Shown here piece after piece: positions 26,341 through 39,191 of a stretch of DNA of 64,000 bases. Both the position numbers and the translations under genes were made by a program. This DNA comes from Antedon mediterranea. Lineage: Eukaryota; Animalia; Echinodermata. Where the stretch lies: assembly GCF_964355755.1 (NCBI RefSeq), contig NC_092676.1, positions 1,927,788 to 1,991,787 on the forward strand, in the 5' to 3' direction. Position 1 is the stretch's first letter; each line of letters starts with the position of its first letter. Below the pieces are notes generated by a model. The model saw only the letters and a program-made list of their open reading frames with translations. It ran no database searches and was not told where the DNA came from.

Positions 26341-29300
26341 TTATTGTTCTTCTTTAATTTCATATTTTTTCCAACTAAATCCTTCCAATTTTTTCAGTTT
26401 TATTTCCACCTTTGTTCCTAACATTTTTACTGAGCTTTTTGCTGGATCAATTGCCTGTTAGAAAAAAATAGGTTATGGTTAATTAACCAATTATGGGGAG
26501 GGAGTTTTTTGGCTGGCTTTACGTATATACATTCATGCGACTACTAAGCTTTATATGTTGAAACACTTTTATATCAAATTTGTTCTCGATAAATACCAAC
26601 ATAATCAAATTATTTATAGAGAGTAACCCTTCCAACTGGACAATATAATTCCAGTTGATATTAGGGTTTCAATTCAATATATAGACACTACTTCATATCC
26701 AGCTATGGTGATCTAGCTATGATTGACCCTAGATTCAACTTTATCCATTTTCAAAACGTAGATTTCTGTGAGCAATTATCTGAAATTTAAAGGTTTTATT
26801 ATGCAGAAAATAAAGATGTTATTACCGCTTCTAAGATGATGTTCCTGTCAAAGGTACTTCGTCCTCCGTCGTACGCTATATGAACTTGTAGGTTCACTTG
26901 GTTCGTTAATATCGTTGAGGTATTTGGATCAGCTACTTTACAGTATACGGTGAGTACGGCGAAGCCAGCCGTTTGATGCCAATCGTGTCTAGTCAAAATA
27001 CATAATAGTGGTAAGCGACTATTTTAAAATCATTTTAATGCAGTAACTACATTTGATTTACTCTGTGTAATCATTCACACTGTTTATTGCAATGACTGAA
27101 TCATATACTATACTAAGATCATTACTGCAGTAAACATAGTAACTGCAGTAGAATAATTGTTCATGATTCAAATCCCTAAATACCTGTGATACCACGGTGT
27201 GTGAAAGGGGGGTTTACTGCAGTAAAGGGGTATATGTTGATTATTGCGTACCTACATACAGTTGCTGTACTCATTTCTTGTTCAGATTTCAGCCACTGAT
27301 GCCTATCTTTGGTACAACCTGCCTGTTTTAGAAAATCATCAAAATTGCTTGTTTTCTTTTTACAACAAGACCAGTATTTCATTCTGTTAAAAAAAAAAAG
27401 AAACATCAATTTTATTTCTCATACGACCCTCCGTTGAGGAGTTACGATCTTTTAATTAACATGGTGTCCCGAAATCCCCTGAAAATGCTATGTTGTTTCT
27501 GTTGGTTACACTTCCCTGTACAGCATTGCTTGTCATCGAATAAAGATGTCTTCCGTTTCGTGAAAAGGTGTATCTATTATTGCAACTACTGTATATTCCT
27601 TTGTGTATTCTTAAAACTGTACTTAGTCCATCAAGAACCTGCACTTTTAGGCCCTCTGAGGCTTAACATATGTATTATCATCTATTTCCTTACCCTTCGT
27701 GAAATATAGCAGTGCCAGCGTGGTACATACATGTTTCATTGTTAGATTCTGGGCCTGTATATGCCTATAAAAAGAATGTTTCAAAGTAAAAATGTACATC
27801 ATCAAATGTAAGGAAATCCAAATTAGGCCCTCTATAAACTTGCTACAACTGTAGAGGGAGACAATCAGCTAATGTATTGTTAGCATAGATGGGCATAGAC
27901 AGAGAGCAGAACAGGAAAACCTTACCACGCCACAACTTGTCCGTTTACAAGCAGTTCCAATTTTTACTTCTTCAGAATCAGCTAGAAACAAATTAAAAAA
28001 TTTTTAAATAATTATAATTTTTAAAACACAGGTAGATTGATCAAATTTACCAATAAATTAAAATGTATTGTAGGGAGCAATGTTGGTATTATGAACTAAC
28101 ATCTGAAGTGTTTGTAACACAATATTTCAAATTGGTTTCCAGGATGTGTATTGTATATCAAGATGTTGTACTTTCTATAACTTTACTATTTATTATTGTG
28201 GATTGAATTTCTTGGTTCTAAGCTCTGTCTACACTATCAAATTTTATGTGACAAAAAAATGTGATGTGCCCATGATATGGTAAAATATGGTAGTGATATG
28301 ACATCATCATGTCCATATATGTGCACATTTTTTGGCGCATAAAGTTTGATAGTGTAGACAAGGTTTTAAACCAGAAAATGTGTAAAATAACCATGAATTA
28401 CCATTATTTTCCAGACTAACTTGCATCTTCTGCATTTTTGCAATAGCATCCTTCAACGTAGCACCAATCGTAACAGGTATTGCAACTAAAGGTTCATCAT
28501 TCCTGTAAAAACAACAAGTTTTTGTTTCTATTCAGTGAACAATATTCCAAGTTCAAGTTTCTTTATATGGTATAAGAAATTTTCCTACACTTCCAAAAGT
28601 GCACTTACGGTAGTTATTTAAAGTGCATACTACACTGGACCTCACTGTTGTATGTCTGAGAAGACTTGTTCTAGTACCAGAACTATATTATGGCTGTTTG
28701 TAGTGCCCCGGTCTTAAACACTCGGCCACTCAACTCAAATGTGTGATAGGAAAGCCTAGAAATTGTGTATGGTAGATGTGTTGTGTTGTCTATCCCATAA
28801 AATTTAAAGGTCATCTCTTTATTCCATATGCACTGCAACTGCTTCAGTATATAGAACTCCAGTTTTCCCAAAAAACAGACATTTTGGTCTAGTTCAAGGG
28901 TGTCTATTTTTGGGAAGACTGGAGTTCTATATACCTGCCCATTTTGATGTTTGGGGTCTTCTTATATATTTGGTTTGCAGTTGACTGTACCAACTGATAT
29001 CTTACCGTGGTCTCTCAACTGGTTTAATCGGGTTTGGTTCACGAGGTGGTTTCGGTTCTTCCTGGAATATAAGAAAAAGTTAAAAACTGGTTATCATCCA
29101 CTCATAGAGTATTTGTACATACTGTGTAACTGGGACATGGTAGACATTTGTTTGGCCAATGGACTGGTATAGAAAACTATAAATAGAAATAAAAAAATAC
29201 ATTTTGATATTCAGTACTGTAGAACAGTATTAGCCAACATATTTCTTTACATTTTTGACGAGACAAAACATAACTTGTTATTAAAGGAAAGGTGAAAGAT

Positions 29301-30410
29301 TATATTCTTCTGTCTTGCAATTCTATGAAACCATGTCTCTTTCAGATTTCATCAATCAGCCATAATTTACCTTTATACTAACTTCATCTTTTTCGGATTG
29401 TGTTGGTTGAGGAACTGGTTTTACAGGATTATGAGGACCCTTCGCACAACCCTAAAAAGAGAAAATTTGACATAATACATTTTTAATATCTGTACAGTAT
29501 TATGGGTAAATAATTATAACATCTAAACATTAACATTATATTTATAAACATAACATGAGTGAGTTACGGTGAGTGAGTTACAAGCTGGTACAGCACCCAT
29601 CATGACTAAAATACCTTAATGTTTAAAAACTCGGTGAAGTCTGTTGTTCTTTTCTTGCAACAGGACCAGCCTTTATAAGCATCATGAAAGATGGGCCCTC
29701 CAAGATGAAACTTGCATGCCTCTATAAAGAAGAAATGTAGGTATTAAAAGTAGGCCTACTTTGTAGTAAAGAGGGGGTGGGGGATGGATGGCTTTTTGTT
29801 TGCTAAATTAAAAACCTCCAAGTCAAGTCAGGGAAAAATTTCATTTTAAAATTTTGTTTAGCAATTATTGCTAATCAAACTGATTTTTAGGCGAGAAACA
29901 TAGTTTTGTATTGTCTTTTTTGCTACACAATTTTAGAAATGTGTAGCAATAAGGTTGTTTTGTATAGCTTTTTGCTATGCTACACTGGCGAAATTATTCC
30001 CTGCAAGTTATTTTTTGTTTTACTTTAATTTTAAAGTCTTTTTAGTTTTTTTATTTTATTTTACTGAAATTCTAAAAATTGATTTGATAAAAAAAAAGAC
30101 TGAGGTGAATGGTCAACAAATAAAATAATAATATTGAAATAAACAAACAATTCTTAATTACATAGCAAAGATCTTACGCTTATCTCCTTCCGCCGGTTGG
30201 AAGATTCTAGAAGCCTGTGGGGAGCCGAGAGTTTCTCTCCCAGCAGGTAAAAATTAATCAGCCAGCCTAGAAGGGTCTAGCTAGGCCTAGCCTTGGTAGA
30301 TTATAAAAATTGCTCTTACCTGGACCATCTTCATCATTATTATACTGTTTCCCACATCCTGTGTTGTAACAAGTTAAACTCCTCATTCCAGAACTTTCTT
30401 GAGTTGTCAT
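26341..30410 (-). CDS. CHORDC1: Cysteine- and histidine-rich domain-containing protein 1 (CHORD-CHORD-CS; Morgana/Chp-1), about 323 aa
   Basis: Ten exons on -, all GT-AG and phase-consistent: 30410-30320, 29721-29615, 29451-29371, 29061-29006, 28502-28402, 27981-27926, 27764-27694, 27383-27252, 26988-26826, 26454-26341. CHORD1 [34 protein letters not shown]; CHORD2 [27 protein letters not shown]; CS domain [21 protein letters not shown]. Confidence 0.95.
28220..28365. mobile_element. MITE, same family as 10064
   Basis: Both TIRs. Confidence 0.8.
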
Positions 30411-31010
30411 TTTTATTCGAAAGAGAGATTTTAAAAACTATTTTTGTCTCAAACTAACCTTCCGGCGTAGAGTGGCGGCGTGTGTTGAATGTTTCCTCCA
30501 CACACACACAACAAAAACAGTAAACTACGGTGACCTAAAAAGAACCTTATACTACGGAGAACCTAAAGTGACCAACATACACATTTTGTAAATTGTCTTG
30601 ATTTTGAAATTTCAATGTCATTTTGGCACTATTCTTTTCATTAGTTATCCTTTTTATTTAATTTTGTGGATTCTGATTTTTATTTTTTTCCGTTTATGAT
30701 TAATCTTTTAAAAAAGACTCATATATCAAAAAGCATGGTGATAACTTTAAATATTTTTTTAATTACGTATACGGTTTTAACTTTTGTTCCAAACGCAGTA
30801 CACACTTTCAATTGGAAATTTCGATATTTTAAATTTTGCAATATCTTGTATGTTTGTATCATATGCTTTAAATGTACTTTATAATTTAAAATGTTTTAAA
30901 ATTATTATTATATAATTATTAGTATTTTCATGAAGAAATAAGTTAATAACGTATTTCTCAGAAATAAGTTAATAACGTATTTCTCCATGGTATTATGTAG
31001 GCCTATTTAA

Positions 31011-31730
31011 AGATGTATTATCCCTTGAAACACAAAAAAATGAAGGTCAAAATATTCTAAATTTAAATTGGCCGTATCAAAGTAATATTAAAGTTATTCA
31101 CTTTAAGTCGGAAATTCGAGCCAAAAACAACAAGTTTACGTAATTAGCAGGTAAATTAATTTGATTACATTTCGTCTGGAAAATCGTCGCGAGCGAAAGT
31201 AAACAAAGATTTCAAACTGCAAGTATTCATTATGCATGATGCTAATTAGGATTTGTTTACAACTCGTCACGGTTGAGAAGGTGTTTTCACACAGATCGCG
31301 ATAGTCTGGGCTCCAGACGGAGTTTTGTCTTAATATTAGTAAAAATATAAATATTTTTGCACATATGGCGTTTCATACGTGTATTACTTGAGTTTGTATT
31401 TTCAGACAAAAATCGCGGTCGAAATAAAAACAAATAAATTTTAAAAAAGACAATAAATACAGACTTGGGGCAAGTCTAAGATCGCGAGGAAGTTTTATTA
31501 TGCATACAGAGTAGCCAAACAAGTGAAGTGCGTTGCATTATGAGATATGTTTTGATCGAAAACTCTTGACTGGAAGTCAAAAAAACGTCTGTATTTCAGT
31601 TAAATGATTTTTTTTTTCGACTAATTTTTGGTGAAAGTTAATAACTACAGTATTATGATACTTCAAAATGACCCACTTTTTTTCGAAATAATTTTTAAAA
31701 TATTTTTTGGGAATTAGGGACAATACATCT
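31011..31730. mobile_element. 720-bp non-autonomous TTAA-targeting element (Kolobok-like)
   Basis: TTAA|AGATGTATTATCCC...GGGACAATACATCT|TTAA; a truncated inverted copy of the left end lies near 40541-40632. Confidence 0.82.
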
Positions 31731-32122
31731 TTAAATATCCTACCTTGCTAAGGAATACAATTTTTAAAAAATGTTGAACAAATAAAGTTTATATCTATGG
31801 AACAAATATTTTTCATATACTAAAATATAGAACTTTTCTGCAAAATGCAGGAGTGTCTCATTCTCTCCAAATTGGAATGATTGTTCATTTTTTAAGTCGG
31901 TATATTTAATGTATTTTTTATGCCGGTTTATATTGTTCACAATAAATTGACTTCATAAAAATCTTCAGAAAGAATAAAGGAAATATATTATTATTATTTC
32001 CTGTTAATAAATCTGGAGAAGCAATGTTTACAGTGGAGTAACAAGATCTTTCACGGTTGAGTGAACTCATGGACCTCAAAACCTCAAAGCAGGTAATTGA
32101 TTGACCCTCCGCGATGTTGTCT

Positions 32123-32136
32123 GTCTCCATGGTAAT
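32123..32136. promoter_or_regulatory. RFX X-box-like motif upstream of the dynein-like gene
   Basis: GTCTCCATGGTAAT, one mismatch from the palindromic X-box pattern GTYNCCATGGNAAC, about 380 bp before the ATG; forkhead-type TGTTTAC near 32025. Confidence 0.5.
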
Positions 32137-32512
32137 GGATTTTCCGGATATCGCCTGCTTACATTTCAAAGTAGTTCGTACTTTCAAATTATGTTTTATA
32201 TATCTAATAATAAATCTAGAATTTGTGTTACAGAAGTGAGACATTATTAAGATTTCATATTATCAAATTATGTGGATATAAAACAAGTTGATCGCGTTTT
32301 ACTACGTTACTGAAGCGTGCAAACGGCGCGCAGTGATTTGTGAGTTTGTGTGCTGTTTAGTTTAGCTAAATAAGTATCGAAAAGATTTATGTCTGGGTTT
32401 ACTTACTGCTGAATTCGTGCAAATAAGTACGAAGTGTTTGCCTTGTTTGATAGATTAAAGCCTGCGAATAAACTGACTAATCTAGGCCTAGCATTTAATC
32501 AATTAGTTAGCT

Positions 32513-35500
32513 ATGGAGGACGGGGAAGGTAAAGGAGAAGATGCTGTGCCCCAGGCTGCACCACCACCTGACGGGAATGCCATTGAAGGGGGACCAGTAA
32601 GTGATAAAGAAGCCAATAAGCCCGACTCTCCTAAACCTGATCAGGACATTGGGCCTCCCCTCATCTCCGTATCAAAAAAACGTAAGTCTTTATTAATTTT
32701 TTTTTGTAAATAATGCCATTTTAATATTGTTGACATACTTATTACTTGCGTTTGCATGTTGTTTCTGTGATCATTTTAATTAATTTAATTAAAAAATAAA
32801 ATTATTTGTTAATGACCATACTCAATATACCATGGAGTATACCTCCATGCTCAATACTGTGTACTGTTTCTGCATATTGATTATTGTATTGTCATTCTGT
32901 CAATCATTTTTCCCTGACACCTGCTTCTTTATTTATAAAAATGGAGATAATTTCCTATCATTGATTTACCTTTATTAATTTCCTTTTCAGAGCATTATCA
33001 AATTATTTTAAAAATCTCATTTATCTTGATATTCTACTCCTTTACTGTATTGAATTGAATTGAAATTTGTATTTATACTGGGTAACCTTTTCAGTCAAAG
33101 ACTGGTCTCCCAGAGGGCCCAGTTAATGAAAAGAATTGAGTATCCATATATTTTATCAGTGTGTAGCGCATGGAACATTTTTCATTGTAGTAAGGAATAG
33201 CATAGCCAAATGCTACACAATACCACCTTATTGTTACACATGAAATAGCCACAACAAAAATATAAAAAATGTTTTAAATGAAATTGTTCCTCGATACGCA
33301 ATATAGGTTACTTTAGTTTTGTATGGAATGCAAAAAAAAAAAAAGAATGTAAATCTAAATAAAAGAAATCATCATCTTCGATAATGTTGTGCGTAACCTT
33401 GTTTGAGTATAGTCGCACATTTTTATTAAAAGAGATGATAATTGATAATACAAAAAGGAAATAAAAAATGTAAAAACCGACAAGAGTCAAGATGGCAAGA
33501 CAACACTAGTATTCTACAATAAAACACTTAAAAGTTGAAATGTTTTGTTATTAATTTCTTTTTTTAGCTGAAAAGAAAGAAGAAAAAGATGAGGGTGTAT
33601 CAAAGGAGAAGAAAAAGATACCAGGAGGAACGGGACACAGAAGAGGACCACCAGCACCGGTAATCAGTGATTGACTTTACCTTAAACAGAGTGGCACCAG
33701 TGATCATCAATAAAGCTCTGTCTACACTATCAAACTTTATGTGACAAAAAAGTGTGATGTGCCTATAGACATGATGATGTCACATCACTACAATATTTGA
33801 GCATCACTACCATACAGTATTTGGGCAATCACACTTTTTTTGTCAAACTACTTTGATAGTGTATACAGAGCTTTATTTTCAAGTTTGAAATCATTCTCTA
33901 AATAAAGATATATTCATCTAAAATAATTAACATATTTAACCAATTTTATAAAATGGAATGATTATCAAATCAAGGTTGAAACATAAATTGTGATTTTTTT
34001 ATCTCATTGTTTAAAAATTATTTTGTTTTTGAATTTAGTCGGTGACAAAAAAAAATGTTGTGATGTCAAGTGAAGCAATGAAGGAGATGGCAAAACAAGC
34101 AAAAGCCAACAGAGATGAAAGAAGAACAATGGTAAGTTGTCTTGTTTTTGTTAATCCACTTAATAATGACAATGGGATTGTGAAGTCCCAATAAATAGTT
34201 TGTAATGTAGCAGCATTAATTCTATAGGCTTTAGGCCTATAAGTCAAAACAATAGGATGTTTGTCAAGTGCATTCAGGATTATACATTTTGTACCTACCC
34301 AGGTAAGTTGGTTAGCCCATCCATCAGTGTCCATGAGGCAAATTAATGGGTAATTTAACTAAGCTGAACGGGCAGATTGTCTTCTACCAGGGATGAATCC
34401 AGGATGTTGAGAAAGAAGGAGGGAGAAAATGAGATCATCTATAAAAAAAAAATACATAAAGACTTTTGCATCTTTTTGAAGAAATAAAAAATGGGAGGTA
34501 GAGGATTCCCTTTAAATCTATGCGTGACTATTTTACTTTTTACAGTATTGTATTTATGACATTATAAAGCACTTTAATATTAAGTCTTTACTTAATACTA
34601 ATAATATACACAAAAATATAAAAAACAGTATATAGTCAATATACAATGTTTGATAATTCAATAAGAACTGACCTTTGTGCTTGGCTACTGAAGAATGTTG
34701 AATGTATGACTTAGTTAAATCGTATGACATGATATGATGAAATCAATCAAGTTGTTTGATGAGGGTTAGTTTGAATTACACAGTAGTTATTTAAATAGAT
34801 GAGGGTTAGTTTGAATTACACAGTAGTTATTTGAATAGATGAGGGTTAGTTTGAATTACACAGTAGTTATTTAAATAGCAAAACAACAAATAATGAATGT
34901 ATGAGTTGAATGGGGAGGATATTGAAAGTTGAACGAGTTTAATATTCTTTTTTGATTCAACATGAAAACTGTTATTGCAATTAATTCACTGTTTCCTTGT
35001 CAAATGCTACAGTAGGCCATTAGAGAATAGGCACCTCTCAGTCAGATTTTCAACATGGAATCAAACAGTTTGTTACAGACAGTGTACATAAAGGTCAACA
35101 ACAGCTTGTGTTGTAAACATTTCTCAAAGTACCATTATATGACAATAAATATAATTTTTCTCATAATAAAAACTAAGTAATACTGAACGGCATGCGATAC
35201 GTAATTGAAGGATACAGTTACATTACATGTGCTAAACTTGTCACTTCTATAGCATGAATATTCAAATTGCAATAATAAATATTAAATGGCTAAATTGCCT
35301 GTCTAACTCTAAATGGAAAACAAAGTATAAAAAAAAACATATTTATTTATTTATTTATTTATTTTATTTATTCGACTTCTCACTAACTCAGTTAGTGAAG
35401 GATCTGGACCAACAGGTGGTAAACACCTCTAAAACGGCCCAGTCCTAATTTGCACAGTGGCTGTGTGTGACAGTGGCTGTGTTTGTGTGGACTAGTACAC

Positions 35501-35818
35501 CGGGGTAACCCCCTACTCGTCTCGAAAGATGTACTAGGTTCTTTAAAGTGCGCATGAGCTATGTGTACACTGGACCTACGGTTTATACAGTAGTCCTTAT
35601 CCGAGAAGACTCGTTCTACCACCAGAACCATGGAGTGAGCTCATAATAGGGACATACAGACAGACATTTTTTAGCCAAAATTGACTAGTATTCTAATAAA
35701 ATGTTACCGTTGTTAAACTGCCATTTCAACTTTACTTAAAGTTGTTTTTTATATAATAAAAATATTTTTGGGTTTGTTTTTTCAGATGGATGCCCGTCAC
35801 CAGTACCTATTTGCAAAG
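32513..35818 (+). CDS. N-terminal exons of a probable axonemal outer-arm dynein heavy chain (DNAH5/DNAH8-like); gene continues beyond this point
   Basis: In-phase exons 32513-32681, 33568-33659, 34039-34131, 35786-35818 give a low-complexity N-terminus then ..AKQAKANRDERRTMMDARHQYLFAK, resembling the recalled human DNAH5 N-terminus (KEAKRALLDARHNYLFA). An X-box-like motif upstream fits a ciliary gene. Identity rests on one short motif. Confidence 0.62.
33713..33873. mobile_element. MITE, same family as 10064
   Basis: Both TIRs, TA flanks. Confidence 0.82.
34758..34878. repeat. 40-bp tandem repeat x3
   Basis: GATGAGGGTTAGTTTGAATTACACAGTAGTTATTTAAATA. Confidence 0.9.
35340..35640 (-). mobile_element. 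SINE-like interspersed repeat (possibly Deu/Nin-domain type)
   Basis: Core GGTTCTTTAAAGTG..GGACCTACGGTTTA..GTCCTTATCCGAGAAGAC shared with 1312-1505 and about 28600-28730. Domain name is from recall only. Confidence 0.62.
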
Positions 35819-36649
35819 GTATGTTGTAAGATCTATTTCGGTCTATAATAGGGTTTCACCTCCAAATTGGAAGTGCTCAGCTACCCGCAGTCATGGGTTC
35901 AAATCCTGTCGGATGCTTACAATAACAAAATATATTCACTCTCTTCTTTGACTTTGTTAATGTAGAGCATCTTGTGAGTACGTTTAATACAGTTACCTGT
36001 ACAATGCTTGTGAAAATTCTTCTTGGTAACTGCTATGCAACCGTACATACAAGGATAGTTTTGGCACATGTAGTCCTGTCTTGTTTGTAATATGTTTTTG
36101 CCCATCTAGCATAATACTTAGATACTATGAGGGCCCCTTGATTGTCACCATATGCTGTTTAGGGTGACCCTCACTAAATAAGGTTTATTAAAAAAAATAC
36201 AATTAATAAAATACTATAAAATAAAGAATACTGAATATTGAAGAAATAACTACACAAGGTGATGCACCATGTTCAATAGCTTTTTTTATTTATTCAATAC
36301 AAAAAATCAATCTCATATTATTGCAAATGAGGTAACACTGGAGTAAATTTTAAAATCAGTAAAAAAGTTACATCAGATAAACTGGAATGTATCTACATTA
36401 TTAGTATTACACAAAACTGTACAGTAAATCAGTATAAAGGGAAATAGTATAAACGACAATTTGAAAAAATATTAATTCCATTTTAAGAAAGACAACACAT
36501 TTAAAAAAAATTGTGGTTTTGTGAGCCTAGGAGTAGAAAAAATGCCCAAAACACATGCTACAACTAGACTAACTTAAATTAGTACGCTAAATAAAGTAGA
36601 AGTTGATAATAATTTAAGAATTTATCTTTTTTAAAAATAAAAATCAATT

Positions 36650-36960
36650 AATAATAATAATAATAGTTTATTCTTATATAGCGCATACAAGCAAGCTCTC
36701 TAAGCGCTGAACATTATTACCCCAGTCATTTTTTGGATCAAACACGTACAGTATGGAAACATACTCCCATAATGCAGCTAGTAATCAGCGCAAAGTTGTG
36801 TCTTGATCTAACTGGGTACCCATTTATACACCTGGGTGGAGAGAGGCAAACGTAAGTAAAGTATCTTGCCTAAGGATACAAGCAATGCAGCGAGAGTTGG
36901 ATTCGAACCTCGGTCTCACGATCAGTAGTCCAACGTCCAACACCCTGCGCCACACGCCCT
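36650..36960 (-). mobile_element. tRNA-derived SINE, apparently full length
   Basis: Minus strand A box TGGCGCAG.., B box GGTTCGAATCC, core CCTCTCTCCACCCAGGTGTATAAATGGGTACC, (TAT)n tail. Tail fragments also near 245-300 and 9390-9480. Confidence 0.8.
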
Positions 36961-37622
36961 CACGCGTTTTTATTAATAATAAAATCATTTTTCATGTAAT
37001 TAATGAAATTCATTCCAAACAAGGCCATATAAATGGCTGCAGTTGCGTAATCAAGTTAGTGTTTACCGACCAACCGACCGACCAAACAACCGACATACCG
37101 TAGTGAGCTGTAGAGTTACGTTGCCCACGACTAAAAAAATTAGGGAATAGGAAATGAAGATAAATTATTTCAGAAATTAGATCTTTTCAAGTAACAAGTC
37201 AAAGAATTAATTGATTATTTAAAAATCGATTAATTAGACAAAACAAAAATGACACGTTTTTATTATATATACTGTATGTAGAAACTTTGCAGTTTCACTA
37301 CGTAGTATTTACATTACACATTTTGATTTAAAAATGAAACTAAACAAACTTTGGAAATACACAGAGCACTTTATGCAGAAGATTAAAATCTAGTTTAAGC
37401 TTTACTTGATTTTCTACATCGGAAGTTGATTCCATAACCCTTACAGTCACTTCTGATGTGATAAAAACAAAAAAAAGCAAATTTGTAAAAAAAGCAGTAC
37501 ATTAACAATAATATTTGTAAGCCAGCAGGCCAGCTTAAAGTTTGTTTTACATCTGAGGTTAATTTTGCATCCAAGTCAAATGCATGTTTAGAATGTTTGC
37601 TGTACTGTAATCAAATGCCAAA

Positions 37623-39191
37623 TTAATCTGATTCCAGAACAAAATACTCAGTTTCAGTAGTATTGATGTTAGCATCTTCTCTGTTCTCATTTCTTGCATT
37701 TTGTAACCCCTTGTTTTCAATCACAGTGTCTGAGCTAACATAGTCAGTCTGTTCTGCTGTCTCTCTCTTCTCATTCCTTGCATTTTGTAACCCCTTGTTT
37801 TCAATCACAGTGTCGGAGTTAACATAGTCAGTCTGTTCTGCTGTCTCTCTGTTCTCATTCCTTGCATTTTGTAACCTCTTGTTTTCAATCACAGTGTCTG
37901 AGTTAACATAGTCAGTCTGTTCTGCTGTCTCTCTGTTCTCATTCCTTGCATTTTGTAACCTCTTGTTTTCAATCACAGTCTCTGAGTTGACATAGTCAGT
38001 CTGTTCTGTTATATTATCATCAATTGTATAGTAAACCTCTTCTGTAATTATTTGTGGAACATCAAAAGTGTTGCACACGCGATTTTCTGTGTTTCTGTGA
38101 AAGTACACAGGTACAGTTACATGTGTGTTGTGATGTTGTCTCTTTTGTTGTTCATAACAACACACAACAGAAACCAATAAAACTATTAGTATAATGTTAC
38201 TTGTTACCAGTATTATGGTAATTGTATTGGGCTTCTGAGTTGTCTTTGTAGCTGTTGGCATATCATAACTGGAGGTTATGTTTTGATAGTTGCCTTGAAG
38301 TGTTGTCATTCTCTCTGTTGTCATGGCATCTTCAATTGTGAAAAATTTCTTATCAGATCTGTTCTGAACATCAGTATTCACCAGACACTTAACAGTGTAG
38401 TTACCAGCTGGTAAATTACCAAAGCATATTTCATTCTTCTTATTTAAATTATAATGAGTCTTGAAGTCCTTTCCTATTAGCCCCCAATTATAAATTGTTT
38501 TATCACCAGATCCACCTTCTGCATAGCACTTGAAACAATTCTGGTTCACATCAACTTCAGATATGTCACATAACCTCATAATCCTTACCTTTAATTTAGG
38601 GTGAACTGGCAATATCAATGTGTAGCACCTGGTGAAATCATTATTTGAAATACAGTAGAAAAATATTCCTTCTCCAGAATAAAAACCTTTAAAAGTCAGA
38701 TTAATTGTTGTAATGTTGGTATTTGTACTATGAGACTGTGTAATGTGGTGCATTCCTTGGATCCAACCAATTGTGATGTCATTGTCATATTGGATGTTGT
38801 ATTCCCTAATCATGTAACATGAAATGTTTACTTCTTCTCCTTCAATGATGTTTTTGATATCATCACAGAAAGCTCTTGCAATGTTTGGTTGACTTCTGCT
38901 CATAGTTACACTTGATGAAGGAACCAAATATTGTAATCTTTCATCATCTTGACATGTGTGTATTCCTGTTTTTTGTTCATCAAAAGAAATGAAAAGCTGG
39001 TATTTCACTATGACGTCTTTGTAGCCAGGTAAATTGACCTCATCCTGATCATTTGATTGTACAATTTTTACATTTAGCTTAATATATGTTGAGTATTGAA
39101 ACTCCCTTTCAAATTGTACAAAATGTTTTGAAGTCCCATTTCTGAATATCAAAAAGCATGTCATCAAAAAGATAATGAATTTCAAAGTCAT
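37623..39191 (-). CDS. Receptor paralogue A: type I membrane protein with Ig-like domains and 4 cytoplasmic Tyr repeats (522 aa)
   Basis: Single ORF: signal peptide; Ig-like domain (EGEEVNISC..IGWIQG..GEGIFFYC); second Ig-like domain (FKCYAEGGSG..YNW..AGNYTVKC); Thr-rich stalk; TM ending VVCC; EEVYYTI; 4 x 28-aa DYV(N/S)S repeat; C-terminal TEYFVL. Confidence 0.88.
   Translation of the reverse strand: MTLKFIIFLMTCFLIFRNGTSKHFVQFEREFQYSTYIKLNVKIVQSNDQDEVNLPGYKDVIVKYQLFISFDEQKTGIHTCQDDERLQYLVPSSSVTMSRSQPNIARAFCDDIKNIIEGEEVNISCYMIREYNIQYDNDITIGWIQGMHHITQSHSTNTNITTINLTFKGFYSGEGIFFYCISNNDFTRCYTLILPVHPKLKVRIMRLCDISEVDVNQNCFKCYAEGGSGDKTIYNWGLIGKDFKTHYNLNKKNEICFGNLPAGNYTVKCLVNTDVQNRSDKKFFTIEDAMTTERMTTLQGNYQNITSSYDMPTATKTTQKPNTITIILVTSNIILIVLLVSVVCCYEQQKRQHHNTHVTVPVYFHRNTENRVCNTFDVPQIITEEVYYTIDDNITEQTDYVNSETVIENKRLQNARNENRETAEQTDYVNSDTVIENKRLQNARNENRETAEQTDYVNSDTVIENKGLQNARNEKRETAEQTDYVSSDTVIENKGLQNARNENREDANINTTETEYFVLESD
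37680..38010 (-). repeat. 84-bp coding tandem repeat x4 (paralogue A tail)
   Basis: Unit encodes TAEQTDYVNSDTVIENKRLQNARNENRE. Confidence 0.95.

Noticed and set aside
31918-32244. 108-aa minus-strand ORF
   Set aside because: Lies over the putative dynein promoter, no recognisable domain, likely chance.
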